Positions 62,199 through 64,000 of a stretch of 64,000 bases of DNA are shown piece after piece. Numbering within the stretch: the first letter of the stretch is position 1; every line of letters starts with the position of its first letter. The stretch covers positions 11,882,896 through 11,946,895 of the forward strand of contig CM119269.1 in assembly GCA_051294375.1 (NCBI GenBank), in the 5' to 3' direction. A model generated the notes under the pieces. It was not told where the DNA came from, did not search any database, and saw nothing but the letters and a program-made list of their open reading frames with translations. Made by a program: the position numbers and the translations under genes. The DNA comes from Paraspadella gotoi. Its lineage: Eukaryota; Animalia; Chaetognatha.

Positions 62199-63823
62199 TA
62201 GGGTTACGATAACCGTTAACAGTTAACGGTTTTTAACGGTTAAAAATAATTTTAACCTAACCGTTAATATATTTATTTTAACGGTTAAATTCGGTTAATT
62301 TTTAATATGATTTTTTTATTTTTTGGTATAAAATCTTTGATTTTTTAAAAGAAAAATATTTTTTCTTGTCCTCTCTTATTCTCCTCTCCTTTTCTCACCA
62401 TATTTTTTCACCTCTCTCTCTCTTTTCCATTTTTTCCTATTTTTTTCCTTTGTTATTTTCAACCCTTTTAATCTTTTTTCTATACTAATCTCCTTTTGTA
62501 CCTTTCTTTTTCTTTCTTTCTTTTCCCCTCCCTCTTTTCCCCTTTCTTTTCTCTCCTTTTTTTCTCTCTTTTTTTTACCTTTTTCATTTTTTCTTCCCTT
62601 CTAGTGTTTTTTTTTCTTACTTATTTTCTCCCAATTTTTTTTTCGTTTTTCCTTTCAATTAATTTTATGCATTTATATCAAAGAATATATTAAAATTTAA
62701 TATATATGCACATGCAAATAGTTGCATACATTTTCTTACAAATTAAATTCTTATTTAAAATAATATATATTTTTTATTTCACTCTTTAAACAAACAAAGA
62801 AGCAAATGAAATAAAACCAAAATGAATGAAAAAATTATTAAAAAAACTAAATAAAAATAAAAGTAATTAAAAAAAATTAATAGAAGGAACTAATCTTAAA
62901 ATGGACATTAAGGCTAACTAAAACTATCCTTCAATCATGATATATTTTTAATAAAACTGAAAAAAATATTTAATAATCAATAAATTTTGGATCAATCGAT
63001 CAATCAAACTTTCAATCAAAAATTATTATTCATAATTTATATTTATGGTTATGGCTTATAAAAAAATAAAAACAGAAAACAAGCGTTCAAGAAACTAACA
63101 ACTAAAAAAATAATGAAGAGATATAATGAAATAAAAGAGATAGAGAGAGAAAGAAAAAAACGAAACATAGAATTAGAATTACATTGTGGTTTTTCTTTCT
63201 TTGTTCTTTTTATATATTTTTATTATGCTATGAGGCAAAAAAAGTTTTGTAAGTAAGATTTATCACGATGCATTATCTAATTAGCTAAATTATCATAGGG
63301 AGATTCAAAATAGTTTGCTCAAACCAATTTTTCATTTACTAACTAAAATGTGTACCTATCTATCTGAAATAGAAGATAAAAAAGATTCAGGAGCAAGGGT
63401 TAAAGATAAAATATTATTAAATACTTTAGTTTGATTTAAATAATAATATTTTAAATTTAAAGTTAAATTATATATTGTGTATAGACTTTCGATTTCATTG
63501 TGTTTCGAATTTAGAGAGGAAAACAATTTATTTGTTTTGTTTCAACGAATTTTTAGGACATTTTTTAGGACATGTTTCAACTCTACAAGTAGTCTTTATC
63601 AGCATTGCAGCATCATTGCAGCATTGCTGATGAAGACTCTAATTGTAGACTCAAAACATGTCCGAAAAAATGTCCTAAAAATTCGTTGAAACAAAACAAA
63701 TAAATTGTTTTCCTCTCTACAAGTTAAATTATAATATTAACCGATTTTAACGGTTAACCGTTAAAAATATTAGTTTTAACGGTTAAGCGAAATTTCTCAA
63801 AATTAACGGTTATCGGAACCCTA
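62199..63823 (-). mobile_element. hAT-type MITE, independent insertion of the 8653-10307 family, including the hammerhead pair
   Basis: TAGGGTTACGATAACCG ... CGGTTATCGGAACCCTA with TSD CAATTGAC. Confidence 0.9.
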
Positions 63824-63930
63824 CAATTGACCACTGTCCTTTCTAAACTCTGTGTTGGAAACTTTGCCCTCTCTCTCTCTCTCTGTTTATCTCTCTTTCT
63901 CTCTTCCTTTACACAAAAATATTTTCAAAG

Positions 63931-63983
63931 TTCACTAACGCTGATGAAGGCTTGAAATGAAGCCGAAACATGTCTGTTTTGAA
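63931..63983 (+). ncRNA. Minimal type I hammerhead ribozyme
   Basis: TTCACTAACG-CTGATGA-A-GGCTT-GAAATG-AAGCC-GAAA-CAT-GTC-TGTTTTGAA; predicted cleavage after 63974. Confidence 0.8.
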
Positions 63984-64000
63984 TTAAATAAAAATTGTTG

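Overview
AT-rich eukaryotic DNA, most likely from an invertebrate metazoan (species not determinable). It has GC-richer exons, short ancestral introns and very dense nested non-autonomous transposons. Spliced genes: 3' end of a Cys-loop receptor-like gene (+), TEKT1 (-), a C7orf31/SPMIP4 homolog (-), sulfite oxidase (+), proline dehydrogenase (+) and the 5' part of RABEPK (+). About 7 kb (3.7-10.7 kb) is tandemly duplicated, probably as an assembly artefact. Two small non-coding RNA-based mobile systems stand out. (1) A 657-bp miniature LTR retrotransposon (TRIM) has 234-bp LTRs containing a 72-nt tRNA-like Pol III module, a PBS, a PPT, 4-bp TSDs and unusual TA...CA ends; five full-length and two 5'-truncated solo LTRs and a second, strongly diverged family are also present. 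(2) About a dozen minimal type I hammerhead ribozyme motifs of the Penelope-like kind, some degenerate, fall into several covarying families; they sit in tiny TSD-flanked and often head-to-head insertions, and one pair is carried by a hAT MITE. All calls come from reading the sequence by eye; no database searches or folding programs were run.
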